Shown here: piece by piece, positions 53,142-64,000 of the stretch | Position numbering within the stretch: position 1 is the first letter of the stretch | How the letters are laid out: each line of letters opens with the position of its first letter | Assembly: GCA_951406725.2 (NCBI GenBank) | Contig: OX597829.1 | Coordinates: forward strand, 48,422,001-48,486,000 | Source: Octopus vulgaris | Lineage: Eukaryota | Length of the DNA: 64,000 bases | Direction: 5' to 3' | Position numbers and translations under genes: made by a program | The notes under the pieces: generated by a model | Seen by the model: the letters and a program-made list of their open reading frames with translations, nothing else | What the model was told of the DNA's origin: nothing | Databases searched by the model: none

Positions 53142-54194
53142 GCCAAAATTATTATATCGCTACTTATTATATCACTAGGTATGCCAAATTTATTATATCG
53201 CTACAGTGCCGGTGGCACATAAGAAAACCATCCAAACGTGGCCGTAGCCAGTACTGCATCGACTGGCCTCCGTGCTGGTGGCACGTAAAAACCACCATCC
53301 ATTCGTGGCCGTGCCAGCCTCGCCTGGCCTCTGTGCCGGTGGCACGTAAAAAACACCATCCGAGCGTGGCCATTCACCAGCCTCGTCTGGCACCTGTGTC
53401 GGTGGCACATAAAAAGCACCCACTACACTCACAGAGTGGTTGGCATTAGGAAGGACATCCAGCCGTAGAAACATTGCCAGATCTGACTGGCCTGGTGCAG
53501 CCTTCGGGCTTCCCAGACCCCAGTTGAACCGTCCAACCCATGCTAGCATGGAAAGCGGACGTTAAACGATGATGATGTCACAACTGTTTCTTGGGACTTG
53601 CTGGTCTTCACCCTGGCCTACTCATCACTTTTGTCACATTTGATCCATCCATATTACACCACCACCTCCACCACCACTGCTATCACCATCACACCCAAAC
53701 TAACCCCTATTTTTTGTCCTAATCCAAAACATTGGTTCTCTGGCATCTTTTTTCTGCTCATATTTTTCCTGCACATATTGATTTGCAACAGTCAAGATAG
53801 CACATGAACAGTATGAGTGTTGCCAAACTTAGAGGATTAGTAAAGGTCATATGCACTGCCTCTTTCTTCAGAATCGGCAGAATCGGCAAATGAAGTAATA
53901 TACACATCAGGTGCATGCGCAGCTATGTGTTAAGTTTGGTTCCCAACCACGTGGTTCTGGGGTCATTTCCACTGCATAGCAACTTGGGCAAGAACTGTCT
54001 CCTATAGCCCTCGGGCCGACCAATTTACGGTAAGCATTAAATTTGATAGAGTAATCTGAATGTTTAAAGGGTTACTTACTAATTACTTACTTCTAGCCCT
54101 CGTTTAAAATATCTTTGTGAGTAATAATTCTTGAAACTTCCGTGTTACATACAAGGCAGTTAACAACCTTTTGCTAAAATAATCTCTTTTACAG

Positions 54195-54393
54195 AGTATT
54201 ACAAGAAGAATTTGAAAAACGAGAAGAACTTGAAAGACTGAAGGCAATGCAGGAGCAGCTATTGGCAGAAGAACAATCTAAGAGGGAAGGTATTGAAGAT
54301 GAAAGGAACAAACAGGCACAGCTTTTGGCAGCAGCCAAACTTCAACTGGAAGAACTTCAAAGAGAGCGCAGTGCCGCTGATGAACAGCTGCAG
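54195..54393 (+). CDS. SWAP70: SWAP70/DEF6-like exon F, coiled coil (RVLQEEFEKREELERL...ERSAADEQLQ)
   Basis: ttttacag acceptor and GTCAGT donor; 199 nt, phase 2-0, matching exon E; E/Q/K/R-rich heptads. Confidence 0.9.
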
Positions 54394-55202
54394 GTCAGTG
54401 GTCAGTACCACCCTACCACACCATTCCTTCCTGACAGACAAACCAATAAAAAAAACATCCTTCTTTTTTAATTAAAAATCCTGGCAGAATTATTCTAGAA
54501 TGTTGGAAGCGGGTGGGTGGGTGGGTGAAGAAATGCCTTTGCAGCAGTTGTTTTTATAACTTAACATTCTGAGTTCAAATCTCTTTGTTGTAAACTACTT
54601 TCCTTTCAGCACCCCCAGGGTTAATTTAAAAAAAAAAAAAGCAAAAAAAAAAAAAAATATCAGGCAGTCAAGTATTAGGGATGATATAATTGACTAAATC
54701 CATCCCCTCAAAAATTGCAGGCCTTGTGCCTAAATCAGAAACCATTCATCATCATTATCAGCTATCCCCGTTTGGCATGAATTCTACAGCTGGGTGGGTT
54801 TTTTTTTATTTTAACATATATATATATATATATAATGACGACCAGAATATTTGGTCCGGTTCCAGAAAATTCCACCCCTGAAAATTAGATTAATTAAGCA
54901 AATAAAATAATTACATAACCAAATAAGAGTAATTTTATTGAAAAATATACATAAACCCATGTATAAAACAGCAAAAAAATCATCATCATCGTTTAACATC
55001 CGTTTTCCATGCTGGCATGGGTTGGACGGTTCAACTGGGGTCTGGGAAGCCAGGAGGCTATACAAGGCTCCAGTCTGATCTGGCAGTGTCTCTACAGCAG
55101 GATGCCCTTCCTAATGCCGACCACTCTGAGAGTGTAGGGGGTGCTTTTTACATGCCACTGACACAGGGGCGAGAGGAGCTGGCATTGAATGCATACTGAA
55201 TT

Positions 55203-55358
<156 letters not shown>

Positions 55359-55456
55359 TTATAATATTACCTTTTATCAGACACTTAACACAAGAAATTA
55401 GGAAAATTGGGTCCCGAAAAATATTGATCTCAAACATTAATATATTTCTCATTTAA

Positions 55457-56405
55457 CCCTTTCATTACTATATTTCTGACCAAAATACACCCCTTATGTG
55501 TTTCAATTAATTTCTAACGTAATCATAAATTTAGTCTGGTTTCATTAAACAACTATAACTTTTTTATTTATCAATATATTAACATGAATTTTGGAAGATA
55601 ATTTAATGAAATGTTCTCAACCAATTCTGTACTATAATTTTTGTCACAAAGTGACTCTAATTGCAGGTAGATACAGGTAAATCCAACAAAATATAAAATT
55701 ATTAAAATTTTGTTCAAACATCGCTATAGAAAATGGGTTATTAGCTAATATTCAATTATGGCAAAATAGTCTTAATTTCATTTAAGGTTATGGGAAACCA
55801 CTTTCTTTTGTTTTGTTTACATTTAGCGTAACGGTTCGTTTCCGCCGTAATGATTTCAAATAGGCTCATTCGAAAAAGTAAAAAGAAATAGTCTAAGGCT
55901 TTACTCTTCTGGGAAAGTCTGTGGCTTGGTCCAGTTTCTTCAGAAAAATCACCGAAAGAAACAGTTTTTAAATTTTCACTCCATTCAGGTGCCAATTCAT
56001 TTTCTCTATCACTGTTTTCACTTTCGGAAAATGAAACATCAGATTCATTATCAAATACCACATGCTTTTTTTTTTTTTTTCAGTCATAGAGTTAGATTTA
56101 TGAAGGTCTTCAGTAGAAAATCCTTCGAATTCTGACTCGCTGCTTGATATAATGAAATTCGTATCCGTTTTGTGTCAGAATTACAAATTTTGAAAACACA
56201 ATAGGAACAAATTTTTGAAAAAAATCTCCCAAAATTCACAGAATTAAAATTACACTTCGATTTTTGTACAAAACTGTAGTTGAACTTTTTACGAAGTATA
56301 ATACGTGTTTTCACGAATGTACTAAAGAGAATATGAATAGGTAAATTCGGGCGGCTTTGGTCACATTAACCAAAATTTGTTTCGGGCGGTTTGGTAACGA
56401 AAGGG
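55457..56405 (-). mobile_element. Internally deleted piggyBac element retaining a transposase N-terminal fragment
   Basis: TTAA on both sides; TIRs ccctttcattac and gtaacgaaaggg. ORF 55756-56061 has an acidic N-terminus, FSEETGP, LDYFFLLF, IITAETNRYA and WFPITLNEIK, typical of piggyBac/PGBD transposases. Confidence 0.92.
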
Positions 56406-56639
56406 TTAAACATTGATTTAACTAAACAGTGTAAATAAAAACTGAAATGGAATAATTATTTTATCAATTAAAATATAAAAATCCCATTATAAACTAGCAG
56501 AAAAATATGGGTAACTTGTGTTTAAACCATCAAAAAATACATATGGTCTTTCTTTTTATCGAACAGTTTAAACAAAAAATTAGGAAAATAGATCTGAGAA
56601 CATTCTGTCCTTGAAAATTAAACTATTAAGACTGTAGTT

Positions 56640-57225
56640 TTAATGAATGAGCAATTGCCTTTAGGAAAGTTAATTTATCATTACAATCATAAGATTGTAC
56701 AAGGTTTTTTAACCGCGTATCTATTGACTGGTATTTTTCTCTTTTTCTGTGGATTATCTCCTCTTTGAGCATGCATTATTTTGGTCTGTGTAAGGAATTC
56801 TTCTTTTCGAAGAGCATCAATAAGCTTCCAGATGTTTAGTTGCTTGCTTGATATTGATGTGCACAATGCTGACTGAAAACCCCTCAAGAGCATTGTTTGT
56901 CTGAGGCAATTCCTGAATTACTCGACTGTAAAACATTCCAAAAATTAACTGGATACAAGGACTCTTCTCATCTGCCACATCTTCCTCTCTTTGGTCCAAT
57001 GTATGTCAGCTTATAAAATCTATTGGAATTGATTCATCCTTACAGAGATCTTCATAAGAATCAGTTACTTCTTCTGGTGGCAAAAATGCCAGTGTGCAGA
57101 ACATTTTTATTTTAGCGGCAAAAGAACCATCAGTACTATATTGAACTTTATATCTCAGTTGGCATAATTTCCTATAAACTGTCTGGCAAAAAATGAAATA
57201 AACAACCTACCTGTGCTTCCAGTAA
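56640..57225 (-). mobile_element. Decayed MULE (Mutator-like) transposase C-terminal fragment
   Basis: With frameshifts: GCLFHF, CQTVYRK, FCTLAFLPPEEV, FWNV, LPQTNNALEGF and NIWKLIDALRKEE. Confidence 0.82.
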
Positions 57226-57530
57226 AGTTATGGTCACAGCTGTTATGAATTGCCTGTTCAAATTCCATCAATACTTGACAAAGTTTAATAAAGGGGCACA
57301 GTTTTTTTCTTTCAAGAAAAGTCTTGTCCTATGTTGCTTGTGTTTTTTTTGTCCATGCTTCTCTGCCTCATCCCATGTCTACCTGGATCTATTGCTTCCA
57401 TGGAGATCTGCACCTTTTTACACAGCTATGCTTGTCCATATGCATCGCATCACAATACCAGCACCATTGTTTCTGTTTTGTGTTTTGTCACCTCCTTTAT
57501 CACAGGTTTTATTGGAGCTCCTGGAGTCTT

Positions 57531-58468
57531 GCATGCGTTGCGGGCTGGCTACATGCATGCGTAGCGGGCTGGCTACATGCATGCGTAGCGGGCTGGCTAC
57601 ATGCATGCGTAGCGGGCTGGCTACATGCATGCGTAGCGGGCTGGCTACATGCATGCGTAGCGGGCTGGCTACATGCATGCGTAGCGGGCTGGCTACATGC
57701 ATGCGTAGCGGGCTGGCTACATGCATGCGTAGCGGGCTGGCTACATGCATGCGTAGCGGGCTGGCTACATGCATGCGTAGCGGGCTGGCTACATGCATGC
57801 GTAGCGGGCTGGCTACATGCATGCGTAGCGGGCTGGCTACATGCATGCGTAGCGGGCTGGCTACATGCATGCGTAGCGGGCTGGCTACATGCATGCGTAG
57901 CGGGCTGGCTACATGCATGCGTAGCGGGCTGGCTACATGCATGCGTAGCGGGCTGGCTACATGCATGCGTAGCGGGCTGGCTACATGCATGCGTAGCGGG
58001 CTGGCTACATGCATGCGTAGCGGGCTGGCTACATGCATGCGTAGCGGGCTGGCTACATGCATGCGTAGAGGCTGGCTACATGCATGCGTTGCGGGCTGGC
58101 TACATGCATGCGTAGCGGGCTGGCTACATGCATGCGTAGCGGGCTGGCTACATGCATGCGTAGCGGGCTGGCTACATGCATGCGTAGCGGGCTGGCTACA
58201 TGCATGCGTAGCGGGCTGGCTACATGCATGCGTTGCGGGCTGGCTACATGCATGCGTAGCGGGCTGGCTACATGCATGCGTAGCGGGCTGGCTACATGCA
58301 TGCGTAGCGGGCTGGCTACATGCATGCGTAGCGGGCTGGCTACATGCATGCGTAGCGGGCTGGCTACATGCATGCGTAGCGGGCTGGCTACATGCATGCG
58401 TTGCGGGCTGGCTACATGCATGCGTAGCGGGCTGGCTACATGCATGCGTAGCAGGCTGGCTACATGCA
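57531..58468. repeat. GC-rich 24-bp minisatellite (gcatgcgtagcgggctggctacat), about 39 copies
   Basis: Directly visible; a 1-bp-shorter unit near 58068 and TTG variant units at 57539, 58090, 58234 and 58402. Confidence 0.97.
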
Positions 58469-58479
58469 ATTTGTTCTTT

Positions 58480-59475
58480 TCAGCTATCTAATACTTTGCT
58501 GATTATTCCAGCTGTGCCAAGGTGACAAATTTTTTGTAACAGTTCTACTGGGTACTCTATTCCAATTTCTTTTATATTCCTCTTGATGCCTTCTGATACT
58601 GTTCCCAAGGACCCAAACAATAATTGACACTATCTTCACCCTCATTTTCCATAGCCAGTTATTCTGAAGATTATCAACTATCTGCAGCTCCTTTTTTTTT
58701 TTTTTTTGGCACCCTTTCTGTTCAGTGGGTAGCAGCTCACATTTGTTTGTAAGTATCTGTACAGATCATTGGCCAAAGCATCTGACGTTAGTTTCCACAT
58801 TAGCAGAAGGAATATTATTGGTCTAAAGTTGGATGCAGTATTTCCCTTTTCAGGATCCTTGGCACATAGCAATGTCTTTCCCTTTGCCTTCCAGCTGGGC
58901 ACTGTGCCTTCCTGCAAGCACTCGTCTAGCTGTTGCACTATCCTTTTATGGAGCCCTCACAGCTTCTTCATCTAATACCCTTGGACGCCATCCAGTCCTG
59001 GGCTCTTCCAATTATGGATTTTTCTTAACTGCTCTTTTATCATTTCTGTATGTGCTTCCTAGCATTATTCTTATGCTTTCGTTCTGCAATTCCCCTAGTC
59101 TCAGGCTATCAACGTGTCCTAAATGTCTTTAATTTTGCTAATTTATCACAAATTCTTCTACACCAGTATGGTTCTTGACGTTCTGTTTGTTCTTTTCTTT
59201 TATATCTAACTCTATCTGCAGCAACCATAGCTGCAACCTTAATAATCTTGTTAGTTTCAGTTATATCTCTCTCTTCTGGAATAACCCAAGAACTGAATTT
59301 ATCTTTACAGGTTCAACCTCGAGCTTGCATCAGTCAATGTGTCTCAGATTGGGGTGTGCTTGATCCTGGTTTTCTGTAATACATCGGCACAGCATCCTCA
59401 CTATGTCTTGTTTGCCATCATTGTATTCTTCTGATATAGCTATTCCTAATACTTCTGCTTCATTTGCTGAGAAGA
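58480..59475 (-). mobile_element. Internally deleted R4/Dong-like (restriction-like endonuclease) non-LTR retrotransposon
   Basis: Pre-RT peptide VPSWKAKGKTLLCAKDPEKGNTASNFRPIIFLLLMWKL joined to C-terminal SLGTVS and LLQKICHLGTAGIISKVLDS* peptides. Confidence 0.75.
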
Positions 59476-60211
59476 TATTACGTGGCCATTGCCAGCGCCG
59501 CCCCGCCTGGCCCCCGAGCCGATTGTGGACGTTTGCCAGACTCGTCTGGCATCTGTGCCGGTGGCACATAAAAAGCACCTACTACACTCACGGAGTGGTT
59601 GGCGTTAGGAAGGGCATCCAGCCGTAGAAACACTGCCAGATCAGACTGGGCCTGGTGCAGCCTTCTGGCTTCCCAGACCCCAGTTGAACCATCTAACCCA
59701 TGCTAGCATGGAAAGCGGACGCTAAACGATGATGATGATTATTGTATTATAGACATCGCACATATACAATTTGTGATTGAAGATATTGCGTCTACCGGTG
59801 GTTTGTACTGTTTGTCAAGTCACAACAAAGACTTTCTATGATTATTACTATCATTAAGGCAGTGAGTTGGAAAAATTATTAACATGCTGGACAAAAATAC
59901 TTTGCAGCATTTTGTTTCAGCTTCATTACAATTACAGATTCAACCTTCACACTTGTACCGATCTTTTTCAACCATGTTGGTAGTGGAGTGCAAACCAGGG
60001 GCATATATGGGTTAAGGCAGTGAGTTGACAAAATACTTTTGCAGTATTTTGTTTCAGCTTTGTTCTGAGTTCAAATATCACTGAGGTTGACTTTACCTTT
60101 CATCCTTTTGAAGTTGATAAATCAAGTATCACTGAAACATGGGGGTTGATGTAATCTAGTACCCTCCACCAAAATTTCAGGCCTTGTGTCTTTAGCAAAA
60201 AAGATTATATT

Positions 60212-60244
<33 letters not shown>

Positions 60245-60419
60245 ATGTATGTATATTAATAACACAGTAAAATTAATTAATAGATCAATTAATGTATTAA
60301 TAATTAATAATTTTACAAGGTTGATTGGTACATTAAAATAATCTTTTTAGGTAAAATTATATAAATATTCTATAATTCATCATCATCATCATTGTTCTGT
60401 TTCCCTTTTCCATGAAGAA

Positions 60420-61590
60420 TGTTATTTTTTTGGATGAGTCATCCTTTAACTTATTTCTGACCACTGGCCGAGTATACATGTGGTGAAGGCCAAAAGAAGC
60501 ATTTGACCCAGTCTGCTTTCTTCCAACTATTAAACATGGAGGAGGATGTGTGATGATTTGGGGTGCTATATCTTGCCATCTGTGTTGGCACTGCTGTGGC
60601 TTGTCTCTATGCTTCCCAGATATGTGAAGCTTGTAACTTCGTCAACTGGTTCTTGTCTATCTTTGATTGGTACACCTTCCGCTTGTTTCCTAACTTGCAT
60701 TACCTTCGTTTTTTGACCACTGATTCTGAAGCCTGTCTTTGCTGCTTCCTTTTCCATATTTGTAGTCATTTCATGTAATGTTGGGCAACGATCAGCCAAC
60801 AAGGCAAGTTTGTTGGCTGGTCCCTCGCCATCCATGGTATGCCTACAGCTGGTCCCCACCATTGATCTCCACATAACAAAATCAATGATGATCAGAAACA
60901 ACACTGGTGACAGGAGACAACTTTGTCTTACTCCAGTGACAATCTTAAGAAAACCAGTTTATCCATTCTCTCTCCTAATGCAGCAGCTTGAGTTATTGTA
61001 GAAACTGCTAAGCAGACTGATGTAATCGTCTGGTATTCCATACGCTTTTGAAATCTTCCACAGGGTTTCACTATGCCCACTGTCAAATGCCTTTTTGAAG
61101 TGAATGAAGTTTATTATTAGTAATCTTTGGTATTCCATGCATTGTTCTGTGATGTTGCACAGTGTGAATATTTGCTCAGAGCACGATCTGCTGGGTTGAA
61201 ATCTGGCTTGTTGTTCTGCCAGCTTTACATCTAGTGCAAACTTCAACTGGAGCCACAACACAGAGCACAGCACTTTACCTGGGGTTGATGATAGTGTTCT
61301 GGTTCTGCCTTCTGGTTTTGGCAGTTGCTCAAATCTCCTTTATTTGCTAGTTTAATAAGGACTCCACTCTTCAGTTACTTTTTCTACCCAGCATGTATTG
61401 CGTAACTGTATCCACCTTTTGACCTTGATCTGGTCATCCTGTTTGATTAATTCTGCTGAAGTGTTGTCCAGTTCTGGTGCTTTACTTTCTTTTTGATCAC
61501 TTCAACGCTTCTCACTTCTTCTCTGATTGGTCCCCTTTCCACTTCCAACTGTTCCATTTGTTGGTCCTCGAAATTCTATTCTAGTCTGCC
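60420..61590 (-). mobile_element. Decayed RTE-clade LINE reverse transcriptase fragment
   Basis: EQQARFQPSRSCSEQIFTL, FIHFKKAFDS, GIPDDYI, GFRISGQKTKVM and VTSFTYLGSI. Confidence 0.88.
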
Positions 61591-61754
61591 CATGAGTATA
61601 ATACGCAGGGGATTTTTAGGGGGCTGTACCTCTGAAAAACCTAAACCTTGTGTATAATATGCACCCCTTCTCTAACTTGAGTCAAGGAGGTCTATATAAC
61701 ATCCTTGGTTTTTTTAAATGTATACGGTAACATCCTTTATTATTATTGTATTCT

Positions 61755-62010
61755 TCTTTTTCCGCTCAGTCGAAGTCGACTCTCGGTTACTTGTTGGATC
61801 AGTGTCCTCCAGTCAGTTCTATCCTGGGCTGCTTCTTTCAGACTGGGCTGCTTCTTTCAGACTATGTCCATTCCGGTATCACTCTTGGTGGTGTCAAGCC
61901 AGCGGGTTCTTGGTCAGCCTCTTCCTCTCTTGCCACTGACCATTACGAGCATGATGTCCTTCTCCGGGGATTTTCTCCGCATAATATAACCAAAATATGC
62001 CAATCTATGC
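61755..62010 (-). mobile_element. RTE-BovB-like LINE 3' end
   Basis: Minus-strand TRWLDTTKSDTGM and AAQDRTDWRTLIQQVTESRLRLSG peptides. Confidence 0.65.
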
Positions 62011-62417
62011 TTGGCATATTATTGTATATATAACATAATGCAAACGTGTAGCTTTTTTGTGCATTTTGTTTGCAGAAAATAAAGAAATAACAGTAATAAC
62101 ATTTAATAAATGTTGCTTACTGCAAGTTATGGATGATTCTTTTATGACTTCATTGCTTTCAGGCTTAGCTTAAGGTATTTTCGTGCCTGATATCACAAAA
62201 TGTGTCTGAATAAACATTGCTGGACAGCAAATAGACTCGGACATTGCTTAGAAAATATTTTTCATTTTTAACCTTGTGTATAGTACACACTAGGGAATTT
62301 GTCCTTTAAATTTTGGGCAAAAAATGCGGATCATACTCGAGGATTTACGGTATTCAAATTACTTTGTCAATTGTTATCCCTATTTATTCACATTGTTTAG
62401 AATTATTTATTCTCATA

Positions 62418-62828
62418 GGCGTAGGAGTGGCTGTGTGGTAAGTAGCTTGCTTACCAACCACATGGTTCCGGGTTCATTCCCACTGCGTGGCACCTTGGGT
62501 GAGTGTCTTCTGCTATAGCCTCGGGCCGACCAAAGCCTTGTGAGTGGATTTGGTAGACGGAAACTGAAAGAAGCCTGTCGTATATATATATATATATGCG
62601 CGCATGTGTGTGTTTGTGTGTCTATGTTTGTCCCCCTAGCATTGCTTGACAACCGATGCTGGTGTGTTTATGTCCCCGTTACCTAGCAGTTCGGCAAAAG
62701 AGACCGATAGAATAAGTACTGGGCTTACAAAAGAATAAGTCCCGGGGTCGAGTTGCTCGATTAAAGGCGGTGCTCCAGCATGGCCACAGTCAAATGACTG
62801 AAACAAGTAAGAGTAAAGAGTAAGAGTA
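62418..62828 (+). mobile_element. SINE family 1 copy
   Basis: Full-length match. Confidence 0.88.
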
Positions 62829-62926
62829 TAGTTTTGAGATTTTGATAGTGTGGTTGTTTAAATAGATAATACAGTCCTAGAGACCTGATAAAAATGACAT
62901 GGTGGTCATTTGTTGAATGCGTTTAA

Positions 62927-63147
62927 CCCTTTAGCATTTAAACCGGCCATATCCGGCCAAAAGTATTCTGCCTGTTTTATGTTCAAACTGGCCGGATCTG
63001 GTCTCTCACACCAACCCTACAATATCGTTTTAAAAATTAACAGCTACCTCATCAAAATCTCATAGCTACAAGATAATGCATGATTAGTTCAAGGCAATGT
63101 GGCTGAAAAAGCATAAATTTTGGTAGAATAATGCGAACACTAAAGGG
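62927..63147. mobile_element. 221-bp piggyBac-type MITE family B
   Basis: TTAA on both sides and CCCTTTAG/CTAAAGGG TIRs. Degenerate copies at about 10480-10670, 22140-22365 and 49940-50163. Confidence 0.88.
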
Positions 63148-63618
63148 TTAATCATAAAACTTCTTAATCAAGGCTAATTAAGGGCTAAAATAACTTCCAA
63201 CATTACCTGTAATTATGCCATCATTACTAACAACTTTCTAATATTCCTTTTTTTTTTTTTTTCTTCCCTAGACTAACTTGCCATGACATGTTAACAAGCC
63301 TCATTTTCATTTTCTGTTATTTTTCTCAAAATAAACTGTGTATTCACAGTTTTTGTGTTTGACATATTAATGTAATTGTAAAAATACAAATTGTAAGTAT
63401 TAACATTTAAAATTAACTTTCAATTAAGCTTAATGTATGTTTGTAAATAAGGGAACCGGTTGAGTGAAATAAAATATAATATGCCACAGACCTACAATAT
63501 TTTGCGTATGTGAGGATATGATAGACATTTTTACCTATCACCATCATCACCACCACTATTGCTATCATCATCATTGCTATCACATCACACCATCATTGTC
63601 ACCATCAAGAGCATCAGT

Positions 63619-64000
63619 GGAGGCGCAATGGTCCAGTGGTTAGGGCAGCGGACTTGTGGTCGGAGGATCGCGGTTTCGATTCCCAGACCGGGCATTGTGT
63701 GTTTATTGAACGAAAACATCTAAATCTCCACGATGCTCCGGCATGGGGGGGGGGGGGCGACCCCTGTTGTACTCTTTCACTCCAACTTTCTCTCGCGCTT
63801 TCCTCCTGTTTCTTGTCCCCGACTTCCTACGCAACCGCTGAGCTTGGATGCGCATTCATTCATCCATCCGTCGATGCTCTCGGTGTCGGGGAAGTTGACC
63901 TGCTTTCTCTTCTGCGGGTCTTACGAATAGCAAAGGACCACATTTCGGACTTCTCCCATCTTGCGAGCTCTGGGACAAAGTCTCCGTTCACTCAACAGCA
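63619..64000 (+). mobile_element. GC-rich element with a tRNA-derived head (SINE-like), running off the window end
   Basis: A box tggtccagtgg and B box ggtttcgattcc, followed by a non-tRNA body. Confidence 0.55.

Noticed and set aside
57230-58525. 431-aa ORF and overlapping repeat ORFs (MRSGLATC / CVAGWLHA)
   Set aside because: By-products of a stop-free 24-bp minisatellite that is open in several frames on both strands.
63619-63700. Possible tRNA gene
   Set aside because: A and B boxes are present, but I could not fold a convincing acceptor stem and it continues into a SINE-like body.

Overview
AT-rich, repeat-dense eukaryotic DNA, very probably an octopus (coleoid cephalopod) genome. This is inferred from the SINE/RTE repertoire and an octopus-style C2H2 zinc-finger fragment. 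One host gene is supported: six internal + strand coding exons (17896-18441, 41251-41397, 41620-41719, 46483-46661, 52046-52191, 54195-54393; 1317 nt, 439 aa, all GT-AG with matching phases) of a SWAP70/DEF6-family protein (EF-hand-like N-terminal region, PH domain, coiled coil). Its first and last exons were not found and probably lie outside the window. The rest is intron filled with at least three tRNA-derived SINE families, RTE, R4/Dong and Penelope-like retroelement remnants, Tc1/mariner, piggyBac, MULE and hAT remnants and MITEs, non-autonomous Helitrons, foldback palindromes and satellites. The most notable items are: TSD-flanked SINE multimers with the same junction at four loci; a Penelope-type minimal hammerhead ribozyme motif; inverted SINE-tail satellite arrays flanking the PH-domain exons; a 24-bp minisatellite directly after the stop codon of an R4/Dong LINE; and two highly diverged Pif1-helicase-like relics. 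No prokaryotic system or CRISPR array is present. Repeat boundaries are approximate, and family names come from motif recognition, not database searches.
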